Source: Sphagnum compactum
Lineage: Eukaryota
Direction of reading: 5' to 3'
Assembly (NCBI GenBank): GCA_965153455.1
Contig: OZ234493.1
Location: forward strand, 7,802,213 to 7,866,212
DNA: 64,000 bases
In this document: positions 1 to 13,430 of the stretch, in pieces
Numbering within the stretch: position 1 is the stretch's first letter
Layout of the letters: the number at the start of each line of letters is the position of its first letter
The notes under the pieces: generated by a model
Seen by the model: the letters and a program-made list of their open reading frames with translations, nothing else
Databases searched by the model: none
Told to the model about the DNA's origin: nothing
Translations under genes and position numbers: made by a program

Positions 1-135
1 GAGTGGACAACAACTTCTTAGTACTCATGAAGATGACAGAACCTATGCTCTGCCATGAATATCACATGGTCCTAACAAGAGCAAGTAGACCATCACAACA
101 ATTGTCTCAAGTTGGTGTGAGGCCTTAATGTGTAC

Positions 136-1593
136 CTTAGCAGCTTCGGACTGTACAGCTTCCTGACAAGACTTGGCAAGACGCAGGAGGTGTGTAATAC
201 CACCTGCATGCAGAACTGCTTCTGCCCTTGCTGGATCAACACTCTCAGTCTCATCATCAATCACTACAAATGTGGCCAGTGCAGTTGCTGCCCGCTCTTG
301 TACCTCCTCCTGCTGGCTTTGCAACAGGTTGAGCATCAGTGCTGTACCTCGATTTAGCCAGAAGACATCCAGACCCGAATTACTCTCTGCAGTCTTAACC
401 AGGGCATGTGAAAGTACACATTCTGTCCAATCTGTGAGCTCCAAATGGCAGTCCTTGCAGACCAAAGAATCTGTGAGTTTCTTGCATTTCGGACTCCTCC
501 CTGCATTGATGGAACTCAAAGAGGCAGGTTCCTTCTTAAAGTCTGTACATTGTGTGACCAAGACACTGGGATTAAGAAATGACTCAACTGCATCGTGTCC
601 ATGTTCCAGGTGAGAGCAATTGACGGCACAGAACACTTTCAGTTTGGGTGCTGCCATGAGTTCTGCTGCAGTAACTGCAGTAATGTCAGTTCGTGAGACA
701 TCAAGGCCAGTGAGATGAGGCAACTTAGGCCACATTTCTGCTGCCAAGCTCCAAGAGATGACCCTGGAGCCTGCAACAGAGAGAAACCTCAGGCTAGTTG
801 CAGCAGCCAAAGCCACCTCATCCACATTAGTGCAATCGAAGAATGCTAAATCCATAAGATCTGGACAATGCTTTGCCAGGGCTCCGATGGTGGGGGCATC
901 TACATCCCTAATGCCAGAGATCCGCAGGCGCTTCAGCTTTGGACAACATGTAGCTACTACTTTAATTGCATCATTGGTGATTCTTTCACAGTCTACGCCA
1001 AGCTGCAGCTGTAAACTTTCTAGAGCTTCATGTCGAGCGACCATCATGCAGAGGGAAGCGTCAGAAAGATCCCCACAACTATCGCCGCTGAGATCCCGTA
1101 ACCCTCTCGCCTGTAGACCAACAATAGCCGTAGCGGCAGCGCCGCCGCGGAACCTGAGACGTTGAAGCTTTGCACATCTGCTGGAGAGAGCGGCAGTCAT
1201 GTCCGAGTCCAACACATGAGCACGGATGTCCAGAGTGGTCCATAGCGAAGCGGATGCGGCAAGTGTACGCCAACCCCTGCAAACCGAAGCCAAACTTGCT
1301 CTATCCCTATGATTCAAAAGCGTAAACACTTTGAGCAGCGTATCATCAGGCAATCGAGTCCAGTCTGCCTCCTCCTCGTCCGTAGTAGAATGGCTGCTAT
1401 TTCTTCCGATGCCGGAGCTTGATTCTACTCCAAAACAGTTTCGTGAGGAAACAACGATCGCTTTCAACCGCTTCGGGGGAAAGCCGGAAAACCTTTCTTC
1501 ATGCCAATTGACCTCCTCATCTTCCGCAACTTTTCTCCGCCGTTTATGACACATATCATCAGCCACTCCCCCCGCCCACACTTGCCTCATCAT
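136..1593 (-). CDS. ARABIDILLO: First coding exon of an ARABIDILLO/PHYSCODILLO-like F-box + LRR + Armadillo protein; the gene continues beyond the left edge
   Basis: Basic NLS-like KRRRK, F-box (DWTRLPDDTLLKVFTLLNHRDRASLASVCRGWR), LRRs, then the first ARM repeat (QEEVQERAATALATFVVIDDE...QSEAAK) ending at donor AAG|GTACAC (136/135). Start ATG at 1593/1590 or 1554 (MCHKRRRK). Confidence 0.9.
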
Positions 1594-4500
1594 GGAGCAA
1601 GAAAGAAATGCGTAGGTATCAACCAAGGCATCGACAACAGGCCCCGTCTCTATGGCAGCAAACAAAACTCTCACCACAACGTTCGGGAAGTAAGAATCAC
1701 ACTTCAAAATCCAAACTCACCACAACACAAATCGTCTACAACGGATTCCTCTCAAACCAAACCACGTTAGCAAAACTCTACACTCCAACAGCGGTGCACA
1801 CGCAAACACAACCGCTCCCTCCATCGCCACCATTCAAGAAAAAGAGAGATTCCTTCCCCACGCCACCAACGACTCACCTACCAAATCAAATGAGCGAAAA
1901 CACGCAAAATACCATCCGGATCCGTCACACACACCAGTTTCTCCAGACTCCAAAATGTGGAGTATCCTCTTCACACCCCAATTTTGTTTTCAGCGAGCGG
2001 CTCCGCCACATCTCCGAGATCACCTCCGTCACGCACAACCCCGATGCCACTCAACAACAAGCGCCATACATGTGCAAACACAAATGGCTTTTTCTAAACC
2101 CTTAAAAAAAAAAAAACAAACAAACAAACAACCAACACACACACACAGCACAAAAGCCGGCAGCACAGAACTTGACAAAGTACAAGATGACAGCCACAAG
2201 CAACGCGAGAGAAGCAAGCCGCGTCAAACACGTCGGTATTGCACCATCGCCGACGGTCGCGCCCTAGCCATCGCTGACGCTCCTCTCTCTCTCTTCTCTC
2301 TCTAGCTTTTGGGTTTTCCACACACGGAGAGCTTCAATAGGAACAGCTATTGGAGCGATTTCGGGAGCTTATAGGAACGTGAGAGGGGATGTGGAACGTT
2401 GGGAACTTGTTGATGGGAAAGTTAAGAAAATTCATCCATCTATACACATTCATTCATGCATTCATTTGTGGAAAACATCCATCTATCTATTAATAAAGGG
2501 AGCTATCAAAGGAGGTTGTTTGTTGGCCTTGCTTACCAAGGCAAGGATATTGTGTTTAGATTCATTCTAGAGTACCTATACTAGCTTAAGGGATTTTGGC
2601 CCCTAGGTAATAGCTCTAATTTTATATGAGGATTTTTGAAAGATGATATTTTGGCTTGTGTTGAAACTTGAGATTAGTTCTAGAGTTATAATTATATCTT
2701 GAAGGATTTTGGTTTCTTTTTTTTATAGGGTTTTTTTGAAGATTATATTTTGTCATGGTGAAATATTTGAGTTTTCATAATTTTTCTTTTGCCTTAAAAT
2801 ATGTTTTAACGTAAGTGGCAAGGCCACAATGTGACACACCTCTTGTTTTGTTTATTTGTTTGTTTTGTTTTGTGTTGTTGAAATTTTTGAAATCATGTGT
2901 TGAAATCTACCAAATTGGGAGGTCATTGGTTGTGGTTTTTTGGTGTCATTCTTGAAAGCTTTTGATGAGTAAATGGTGCACCGAGGTGAATATGTAATGT
3001 TTAGACTTGTAATGCATGCGTTATAAAATTTGGAATATTTTCATTGCTAAAAATTTAATGAAATTAAAAATTAAGAATAATTGGTCGTGTGCTCTTGGTA
3101 TCCTTGGAAATATTTCTCAAACTTGAGGTATCGACTATGTTCTTGGTATTGCGGAGAAGAAGCCTTTGATGAGATGAAGGTTATGTATTTTTTTGAGGTC
3201 GAAGACTTTACTCAAATGCAAAATTCCTCAGAGGCTTGTGACAAGCAATGACGACAGGAAAGAATGATTTTTGAAAAAATAAAATAAAAATTGGTAAAAA
3301 ATGAATGGTTTTGATTTGTAGATCATGATGGTTTCTCTAGTGAATGTTTCAAATCCATTGTCATTTCACGTAATGGTTGGAACTGAACGTGGGCCAAATA
3401 CATTTGCCATCCTACTTCATGTCCATCTTTTAAAAGGTGACATTGTTTGTTAGCATTATCACTCTATTTGTTTTTGTTGTGATTAGTTTTTATCTTTCAT
3501 TGTATTGGAACCATTTCCCACTTGCACTTTTGTTCTTTCCTTTGGTGTAACATCTTCACCTTGCATTGGTCAACACATTTCTTCTTCTACAAGTTGTTAC
3601 ATATCGATTGTCATTAATTTTCAGAACAAGCAAGTGGGAATCCAAGCAATCCCCAATTGTGTGCCTTTATTGCAAATTATTGTATATATGAGACAACTTG
3701 GTTTTTTTGTGTAAGGTTGATTGTTTTATAAGAGTTGGACCTTTTTTTTAAAAAATATATCACAAAGATCATATGTATAATGATGATTGTCTAGGGTTTA
3801 GGGTGTGTGTTTTGCAAGTTGAAAATAAATTGGTGTCAATGACACCATTAGCAACAAGGTGCAAGTTAACCCCTTAATATCAAGACAATGTAAATTTATA
3901 TTAAAGCAACTCATATTGGGATTGTTTAATGTTTGGGGGTTCATAATGAATTACATTACAAGTAAGTTAGTTCCTCATTCTTAAATACATTTTGTTTGTA
4001 AGCGTACGGTTATTGTACATTTTTTTGTTATTTTTTCATGTGACACATGTAATAAGCATATAATTTTTTTCAATAGATGTGTAAAAGAAAATTTGAAGGT
4101 TCATCTTTCTTTTCATGTGAAACAAGTAGTAGGTGCACAATTTTTTAATAAATTATGCCCCTAAGCCTTTCATATTTGCAACCTATGTTCTTTAACAACA
4201 TTTGTTGGTTGGTTGTCTTGTGCATTTTGTTTATGATTTGTTAATGTATAGTTGTGTTGGACTCTTGATGTGTGTTTTCTTCAACTATTGTTTGGTTGTT
4301 GTTGTTTGTTGCACCTACTTTTGTCTGACAAATGTTTGAAGAAATTATCCCTGTTACAAAAGTTGTTTGGTTGCACCAACTTGTTTTAATTATTATTTGG
4401 CATGAAGCCGTTTCCAAGTATTTCTTTTTTTACATTTATTTTTGTAAGGTTTTGTTTTTAAGATATTGTTTTCATGTATTTGAGCTTTTCAAACACTTTA

Positions 4501-7500
4501 ACTAGGGAGTGCATGTATTGTTGTTGAATTTTTTTAAACATTCAACAAAACCTTGCAAATCATTTTGCTTGTCTAGACTTTACACCAACTCAAATGTTTA
4601 GTGCTTTTGAAAAATAATAAGTTTGACAAAACTTGAGAAAAAATTAAATGTTGAAAATTTTCACATTTTTTATGTCAAAACTCAACTTTTTTATTGTTAT
4701 TGTTGTGACATTATTTCATGTTTTGATTTAGTGGGTAAATATCACCCTACAACATTCCAAATAATCCATATTTTAACATTAAAATTACAAAAAGAATTTA
4801 AAACCCAATGTTAAATGAGGATTATGTGATAATTAATGAATTAAAAAAATCCATATGTAGAAAAACCCAACTAGACAATTCTTTAATATACATGTTTTTA
4901 CGAGAAAAGTAAAATTGAAATTCGTCCGAGAATGATTATGATATGGACTTTTGAAAATATCACCCATTTAAAATTATTTAAAAGTCCATAACTTTTTTTT
5001 ATTAAGGAATTTTTAGCAAATGTTTTGAATCTATGTCCTTTTTGTTATACTATATCATATATTGGATCCCAATAAGATATCCCAAATAAAAATTAGTCAA
5101 AAAAAATGCATGTATGTAAAAACATAGATGTTTGAAGTTATATTATTATATAGTTTATGCATATATGTCACATTTTTTTAATATAAATATTTTTATTCAA
5201 GTTGAAAATCTAAATCTTGTCACAAATTTAGTATATTGTTGATTTTATAGTGTGATAATAACATATAAATGCACAACACTTTGCAAAAAACTGCACAAAA
5301 AATAAAACACCTTACCTTATAACCACCCTTTACTTGTGTAAAGCATATTGTGTAAATTTTCTTAATGTCAATACCCAATTTGTTTGTTGGAGATGTTGTG
5401 GTAATATTTGACTTATGATTCAATGAATATTTGAATATCACTCACAACTTCTATTTGGGCTTTTATTAATGTTTACCATATCCAACCTATAATTAACATT
5501 AGGTGTGGGGTGAAAACACACTATAGGGGGGCCAACTTGGGCAATTTGATGACACGTCCATAAAATATATACCTTCAAAATGTGTTGCATTTAGTTTGAG
5601 TTTCATTTTTGGTGTTTAGGCTTTATATTCTGACTTTCACAAACTTAATGTTATTTAATATTATTTGAAAAAAAATAACAATTTATAGGATTAAATTCAA
5701 GGAATAATTGGTACATTTATGGTATATGCAGTATAATATAACATGTTTCTTGTTTTAAATTACCTTAATTTTTGGTTTGAATTATTCAACCAATTTTTGA
5801 AATGGAAATTTAAAAAATGTTTCATTTCACATTTCTTGTCATTTTCCATTTGAAAGTGATTATTTGTCAAAATTTTAATGTATCACACATTTATATAGTT
5901 ATTGCATCGTAAAAGACCCATTTGTGATATGATAATTATTAAATTCTTCACATGGCTCACAAACTTATTCCAATAATGGAATCACAATTTTTAATATTTA
6001 TTACAAATTTCATAAAATTTAGAAATCATTTTAATCATTTCTTAAGAATATTTGCATTTTTTAGCACATTGTGATGTACATTTGTTTTGCACAAATATAT
6101 TTTAACATCACATCATATGAAATAAAAAAGTGTAAAGTTTTGGCATTTGACTTTTTTGGATTTTGATTTACCATAATATGCAAAAAATTATGAAGACCTT
6201 TCATAATAACATATGGTTGAAGTTCAAGCATGGTACTTGAAAAACAATACAATGTGATAACAATCTTGGCCCTTTTTAAGTGTGTTTTCACCTTGTGAAG
6301 ATAATTGTGCAATTTTTCACATTCTTGATATCAAACCTTAACAACTTATTTGTATTATTGTGGTATTTGAACATCACCCACACCCATTGTCTGTGCATGT
6401 ATTAATGTTTACCATAAGTAATTTATAGTTGGTACTAGGTGTGAAGCAAGTGTTATAAATTTTCACATTCTTGATGTCAAAACCAACTTCCTTGTGGGTA
6501 TTGTTTGATTTACAGTTTAATAGTTAATTGAATATCACCCACGCTCCTATTTGGGCTTCTATCACTATAACTATCTGGGCTTATAATTTGTATACAATTG
6601 GGATTTAATGCAACTAGAGATTTTGTTTGGTAATATTTATTGATGTTGGTGTTTTTATCACCTATTTAGTTGAGTATTGGTTTTTTACTTGATTCACAAC
6701 TATTAACATGTTTATTTGCTTACAAGTGTGATGACAATTGTTGGTTGGTTGGATTTGAGTTATTACATGTTGGTGTTTTTTGCACATGTGTGTTAAATAA
6801 TGGTTCCTTTGAAGAACCTTGCAAACTTCAAGTTTTGTTTGTTCTTTTCTAATTTTGATGTTGGAATTTTGGATTTGATATTTGGGAGTCGACATATTCA
6901 ACAGATTGAGTTTTTGTTCCTTTAAAGCTTACCCAAGCTCATATATTATTACCTTTTTTCCTTTCTAAAGTTATAGATGTAACTAGCACATACATTTATG
7001 CCCCTACATCCTTTAACCCTATTCAAGTCCTAGTACAATAAATCATAGATTTTTGGAAGGTTCAATTTGATTAAAATCTTCACATTAAGTAAACAAGATC
7101 TCCATTTTGATGAAGAACTTGAAGCATGAAAAACACATGATTCTTTTGAATGGTAATTTTGATCAAGGTGACCTTTTTGACTAGGTGCCAATATGAACAT
7201 CTAATCAAAAGGGGCAAAAAAAAGTCAATCAAAAAGACTAAAGCTTAATCAAATTGGCCATACTAGTTTGACATTAAGTCAACTTGACCATACCTACAAA
7301 AAAATGCCTACCTTAATCTACCTTTTTATTGCATAGGAAAATAATAGTTGGTAGGTAATAACTATAACTTAATTATGATATAAATATAGTTTGCCTAACC
7401 TAGCCTATATAACTCCTTTGCTAGGCCTATATCTAGGTTAGTTATTTAGTTTAGGCTTAGGCCTCTTAGTTAACATGTTATTTAAACTAGGTAGGTTTGG

Positions 7501-8769
7501 CTTTGTATGTATACATGTACATGTAATAGGTAGGTAGTTGCCAATATATTTATTTACATCCAATGTACATATTACCTATCTACACTATAGGAAATCATAA
7601 CTTTTCAAAAGGCCTAGGTCTAGTAGATTAGTTTTGCTAAGCCTATTTGTGAGGCCTACATCACAAACTTGATCCCACAATTTGGTAATGAAAATATTTC
7701 ATCCTACTTATATGTGCATCATTCATGTTTAAACACATGACATCCATGTGCAAAACATACAAACTCATGAAAAATTGTTTTTTGCATGATTTCCATTACC
7801 AAATTGTGTGATGGGAAGTTTGTGATATAACATATGTATTTAGACCTAATGGTTAATTAAGTTAAGCTAGGTAAGTAATTTATATTTAACAAGTATTAAA
7901 TTAGTTAGCTATGTTGGATAGATAAGCTAAACTAAACTAAATAGGTACTTTAGGCTTAGTTAACTAAGTAGGTTAAACTTTTAGCTAGACTATGTTTTAG
8001 GTAGGTAAGTCAGTAAGTAAAAGGTTAATACACTTGGACTTACCTCCAAACTACCTATATATATTACCCACTTCCAACCCATGTATTGCATACCTATTAC
8101 ATACCTACTTACCTACATTTACTTTCATACCCACTTATGCATCAAGATTCATGATAAATATGTCAAATGAATAAATTGATAAAATATATTATCATACAAT
8201 GAAATGGTCCATTGGTTAGTGACTTGGTTTATCTTCATGGAAGTGAGGAGTTCAAACTTTTCATTCTTACATCCTATTCATATGCAGAAGGGGCTTAGTT
8301 TAAGGTAGGCTATGGTGGGTGGGTAGGTAGGTATGTAGGGTACATACCTACCTAACTTTTACCTATTTACCTACCTATCATTTAGTCATATTTTAAGTTG
8401 TGAATTGTCACTTTTTTGTAGGAAAATATTTTGGAAAAGGAATATTTTGCCACAAATTCCATGTTTACTTGAAAAAAAATTCATAAAATAATAATTTTAA
8501 ATTGCCAAAAACTGCAATATATACTTACAATATGAAAGGCCCTTAAGATTTTTTAATTCTATATTTTGAATATTTCCAAATTTGAACAACATAATTTTTA
8601 AAAAAAAAAATGATCATTGTTATTATTAACTAATTATCATAAAAATTTGAAATAAAATTTAATGGGGCAACATTTTTTATTTGCAAAAAGAGTTGTTATT
8701 TGAAATTGATAGACATTTTGGACATACTAACTAAATAAAAACAACAATAAAGAAACACAAATATAATGT

Positions 8770-10170
8770 AGATGTCAAAAATGATTTGTGCAAAATGGCA
8801 TTTTTGTCAAATTGGACAAAGGGTTAGAAAGACCAAAGGGGAGTGTTTTTTATTAAATTTTCCAATAAAAAAGACTATGATTTCTTGTAATGTCCTAGCC
8901 AAAAAAAAGAATGTGGAATTGAAAGTGGATAAATTATTCCAAGACACATGGACAACCAAATTCCAATGGGTTGAACCTATATTGTGAAAAGATGGCAAGG
9001 TGCACCATGTGACATGTAAGATTTGCACTTAGATTGAACATTAGGAGATATTAGTGATGTTAAAATTGGATAGGATCAAGAAGCATAATAGGAAAAGAAA
9101 GCTTGCATGGGCCTTATTCCATGGTAGATAGTTGGTGAATTCCAACACTTTAGGGCAAAAACACATTAAGGTGTCACAATTTTAGCGAATTAGAATCCTT
9201 TTTCAAAGTATTATCTAATGTAGTTGAAAACTTGTTTAAAATATGAATATTTAGATTATATTGAAAGTAACATTTTTTTCCATTTTAAATTCCAAATCAT
9301 GATGTTATAAGACATATAAAAAATAGCACAAAAGGTATTTTTTAAAATAATTTTCAAAAAATTCTTAGAAGGGCTTTTAAAATAATTACAATTTTTGGGA
9401 TTTAAAAAAGTCCATAATCTAATAAATTAAAATCACATTCCATTCATTCAATGGATATTTAGTTTCTTAAACATAATTCATCTAATATCCCAAAATTTCA
9501 AACACATAAGACTAATACATTATAAGATAAAAATCCATATCCATGAATTTTGTAAGTGTGACAAAAAGTATGGGCAAAATTGAAAAGTCCAATACTTATT
9601 GGCTATCCATGATTTTGATTTGATTTTTATTATGATAGTTTTAGATAAGTGAGTCCCTTTTTTATTATTTCAATGAATTTTATTTTATTTATTTTCATGT
9701 ATCTTAGAAATATAGGAAAAACTGCCATTGTGATGTTTGTATAAGGTCACTCTAGTATGTAAACACCCTTAACACATTGCTAATAATGAAAAAAACTATG
9801 GCACTATAAGGCTTAATTCTACTTTAGAATAAATGATCAATGCAGAGAAGGTTTAAACGATGAAATACATGTAGCTTGTTATTGTTTATCAACTTTTGAA
9901 AAAGGGGAAACCAGTGATTAATTTTGAAAACAAGCAAGGCTTGTTTGAGATTTTGAAGGTTCATAAAACACTGAAAAAACACTAGAGTGAAGTTGTAATC
10001 AATAAACTAATAAGCAAGTGCATTGAAAAAGTTTTATAATTTTCAAACTTATGGTGATTAGAGAAAGATTGGATTTTGAGTAATTTTTGTAGTATTTGTA
10101 AAAACTTGTGTGTTCAATGGCACATGCCACACTATTTAATAGGAGATTGAAAATATAGTTTTGGAAAAAT
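8770..10170 (+). mobile_element. Highly decayed DNA-transposon (probably hAT-type) coding remnant
   Basis: Broken frames give FQDTWTTKFQWVEPIL*KDGKVHHVTCKICT...KLDRIKKH (Zn-finger-like N-terminus), followed by transposase-like fragments with many stops. Confidence 0.4.
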
Positions 10171-12989
10171 GATTTAAAAATGTTATTGGAAATCACTGGG
10201 AACATTATTGGAATTTTTTTATCAAATGGGTGATGTGGAAAAAATGCAAAAAAGGAAGAAACTATTATTACATGAGGGTAAAAACACAATCAAAGGAGCC
10301 ACCCAAGTGAGTGGACACTCTTTAAAATTGCATTTTTGTATGTTAAAAGATCACAAGGGAAACATAATAGTTTGGATTGTCATAAAAGTTTTTGGAATAT
10401 TTTCCATTTTATGGCAAAGTTTATATGCTCAAAGCTTAACACAAATCAAAAATGTTTTTGCATATTCAAATCATTCAAACCTCCAGAGTGGATAGTTTTT
10501 ATTTTTTTCAAATGTCCTTTTTTTCTACCAAATGTGCACCATTCCTTTTTAAAATTGGAGAGGATTTGAACATTAATGATTAGAAGGGCAAAAGGATTTG
10601 AACTAATAAATTATTTTTTTATTATCAATTTTAGCACATTTGGTTCAAACGTGCTTTTGACCCTGAAAATTATGGATTTTGAAAATGTGGCCTTAGTAAA
10701 AATTGTTCATATTTATGAGATAAAGGGCATGAATACATAACATATATGAAATAAATTGAATTTGTAATCAACATGTATTTATATCTAACATGTAGTGTTA
10801 AATTGGGTTTTCAAAATACAAAATTTTAAGTTATAGACCAACATAAAAATGACACATGTCATGTGTAGTCCTTGGAAAAGGACTTTTACCTTGGTGCCTC
10901 TTATTCCTTTGACAATGTTTTCACCCACAAATGAAATCCAATGCTATCAAATTCATGTGTTATTAGGGAAAACATTTGCCAAAATTTCACCTAAAAGATA
11001 CAATTTTGACTTGTACAAAGGAATTTTATGAAAAAAAATGACCCATGTTCATTTAAAATTTCTTGTAAAAGGGTTCAATATAAACAAGTAGCCACTTGTT
11101 TATATTTGATTTTGGAAGAAGTTGATAGTCAAATTATTATTGATTTTTATCATTTAATTATCATATCTTTTGCATAAAACATTATTCCTTCCACATCTGT
11201 ACAATTAATCAATGAATTATTTTTTAAAAATAAAATTGAATTGTTGTTTAGTTTTGGTTTTAGTTGGTTTCTTATACTTGGTGAAACCATAAAGAGATTT
11301 CAAGCTTTATTTTTTTAATTTCTTAGCTTTTAATTTAAAGTTTGGCTCAAAAGAGTTTAATTCAAAAGGCGAAAATATCCTTGGGTGGTACCATTAAAAA
11401 CCACCTTGCCAAAATGATGAGAAAGTTGGATTCAATTTTAAAAATAAAATTCCATCTACTTATACATTGGTTTATTTGATTGGACTAAGTGAGCTATGTT
11501 TTCCCCACCTATGCACACATTCATGAAAAAAATGAACACCCAAAAACATATAATATGCATTAGCATTTTGATTCTTGACCCATTCCTAACCCCACTCCTG
11601 ACTCCTTTTTTTTAAGTGTCCTTCCACTTACACATTATATATTTTTTCTTGTTTATTTAATACATGCACAAGAAAATGATCCAAACTAGTCATTAAAATA
11701 ACAAAAGGTGAAAATAGTTATCATTTGTGTTCTTGACATCAATGGCCTTTTAGGACTTCATGATCTCGATTTCAAAAATTCATAACTAAATGAAAATTAA
11801 TTCAATCAATTATCTATAAAAGACATCATGTAGGTGGCATTTAAAATATTCTAAAAATTAGCATCGAAGAATAATTCTCAAAAAATAGATTCCTTTTGTG
11901 TTCTTGATCAAAACATCCCTTGTGTTACATTCTTAAAACTTTTTCCAAGTATGCATTCATTTTCCACATTAAAACACATTTTTAAAAAAAAATTACAGTT
12001 TTGAATCCTACGGGCCTTTTGATAAATAATTTGGAATGAAAAGTTTTTTTTGTTGAATCCTTTGTTGTTCTAAAGTTGGATGGGTCTAAAAAATTTAAGG
12101 TGTGATGTTCTTAGTGCGTCCACCCAAAGATAAGTTTGCCCTTCAATTCATTTTGGTTTTAAATTATAGTAGAGGTTTTAATTTTAGTTGTAAAAATCAA
12201 ATCACCTTTTTCAAAACCAAGTATTTGAATTACATAATTAATTTTAATAACCTTGAAAATAAATTGATTACCCTTTTACATATTATTTGAAGACTAAATT
12301 AATGTTTAAAATTGTTAAATGGATTAAGATTGGTCGTAAATGTAAAATAGTTTTAGCTTAATTGTTTTTACCAATTCACCAAATTTTGACATTTTTCAAT
12401 GACGACATTAAAGTTATTCTTTGAATAACTTTCCTTTGGGCTAAGTTCCTTTCACCCTATCCAAACCATTTTCATCTTTAAATGTTGGTTGTTTATAAAG
12501 TGAGTAAATTTAATTGAAATTGGTCTCTAAATTGAATTTATGAAATCTAAACATGTGTTGCACATGATTTGAAACACTTGTTAAATATTTATAGTAGTTG
12601 TGACCATGGCAATGAAGGCAAATAATTAAAAATTCATGTTGAAATTCATTTTATCACCTACAAATTTTGGAGGAAGGGTTTCAAATCACATTTAATACCA
12701 ATGTACCTTTTTAGTGTTAGGTTTTGACATCATTTTGAAGTCAACCCCTTTTTATGGGAAGATTTTTAATTTAACGTTAATTTGATCCCCTTTCTTTTGT
12801 GGATAATTGTATTATTAGTAATGTTCACAACTTACGAATACATATTATAATGTGATCAACTTGTTCCAAACTCAAATCATCATACGAACAATTTAGCCAA
12901 TTTGGAAAATAATAACCATGTTGTCATTGGGTGTGCATACAGATACCAACTTAAACAAGATGAAAATTTGAAACACCCATCAATGGTTC

Positions 12990-13430
12990 AAACAAAATAA
13001 CACAAGCCACACTTACTTACTTTTTGATTACTTTTGTGACTATTTTTTGGGAAATATTCCCAGAATATTTTTGGATTATTCTTGGAAAAGTTTTCAAAAA
13101 ATCTTTTAATTTTTTTTTCCATAATATTTTATCAAGGTTTATGTTAAAAGTTTTGCAAAAAATGTCATTGAAAAAAATTTAAACCCATTTACAAGTCCTT
13201 TTATTGTTTAAAAACAAGCATTATAGTGTTTAATGAGTATTTTTGTTAATTTTTTATTCATTGAACTAATCTCAAATTAATTCACATGTTTCTTTGATAT
13301 ATTAAAAATAAAACTATATAAATAAATCTTACAATTTTAACATCATATTAAATTACAACTTTAAAACATGAAAAAACCAAGTAAGCATTACATTTACTAT
13401 GGAACATGTTATTGTGATTGCACCTTCAAT
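12990..13430. repeat. Dispersed repeat; inverted diverged copy at about 62260-62700
   Basis: cacacttacttactttttgattacttttgtgact...aatattcc...aaaagttttcaaaaaa matches the reverse complement of 62600-62695, with similarity continuing for about 400 bp. Confidence 0.7.

Noticed and set aside
1594-1707. Longer N-terminus and read-through C-terminus of the 554-aa ORF
   Set aside because: Non-ATG start; the residues after SEAAK are intron sequence.
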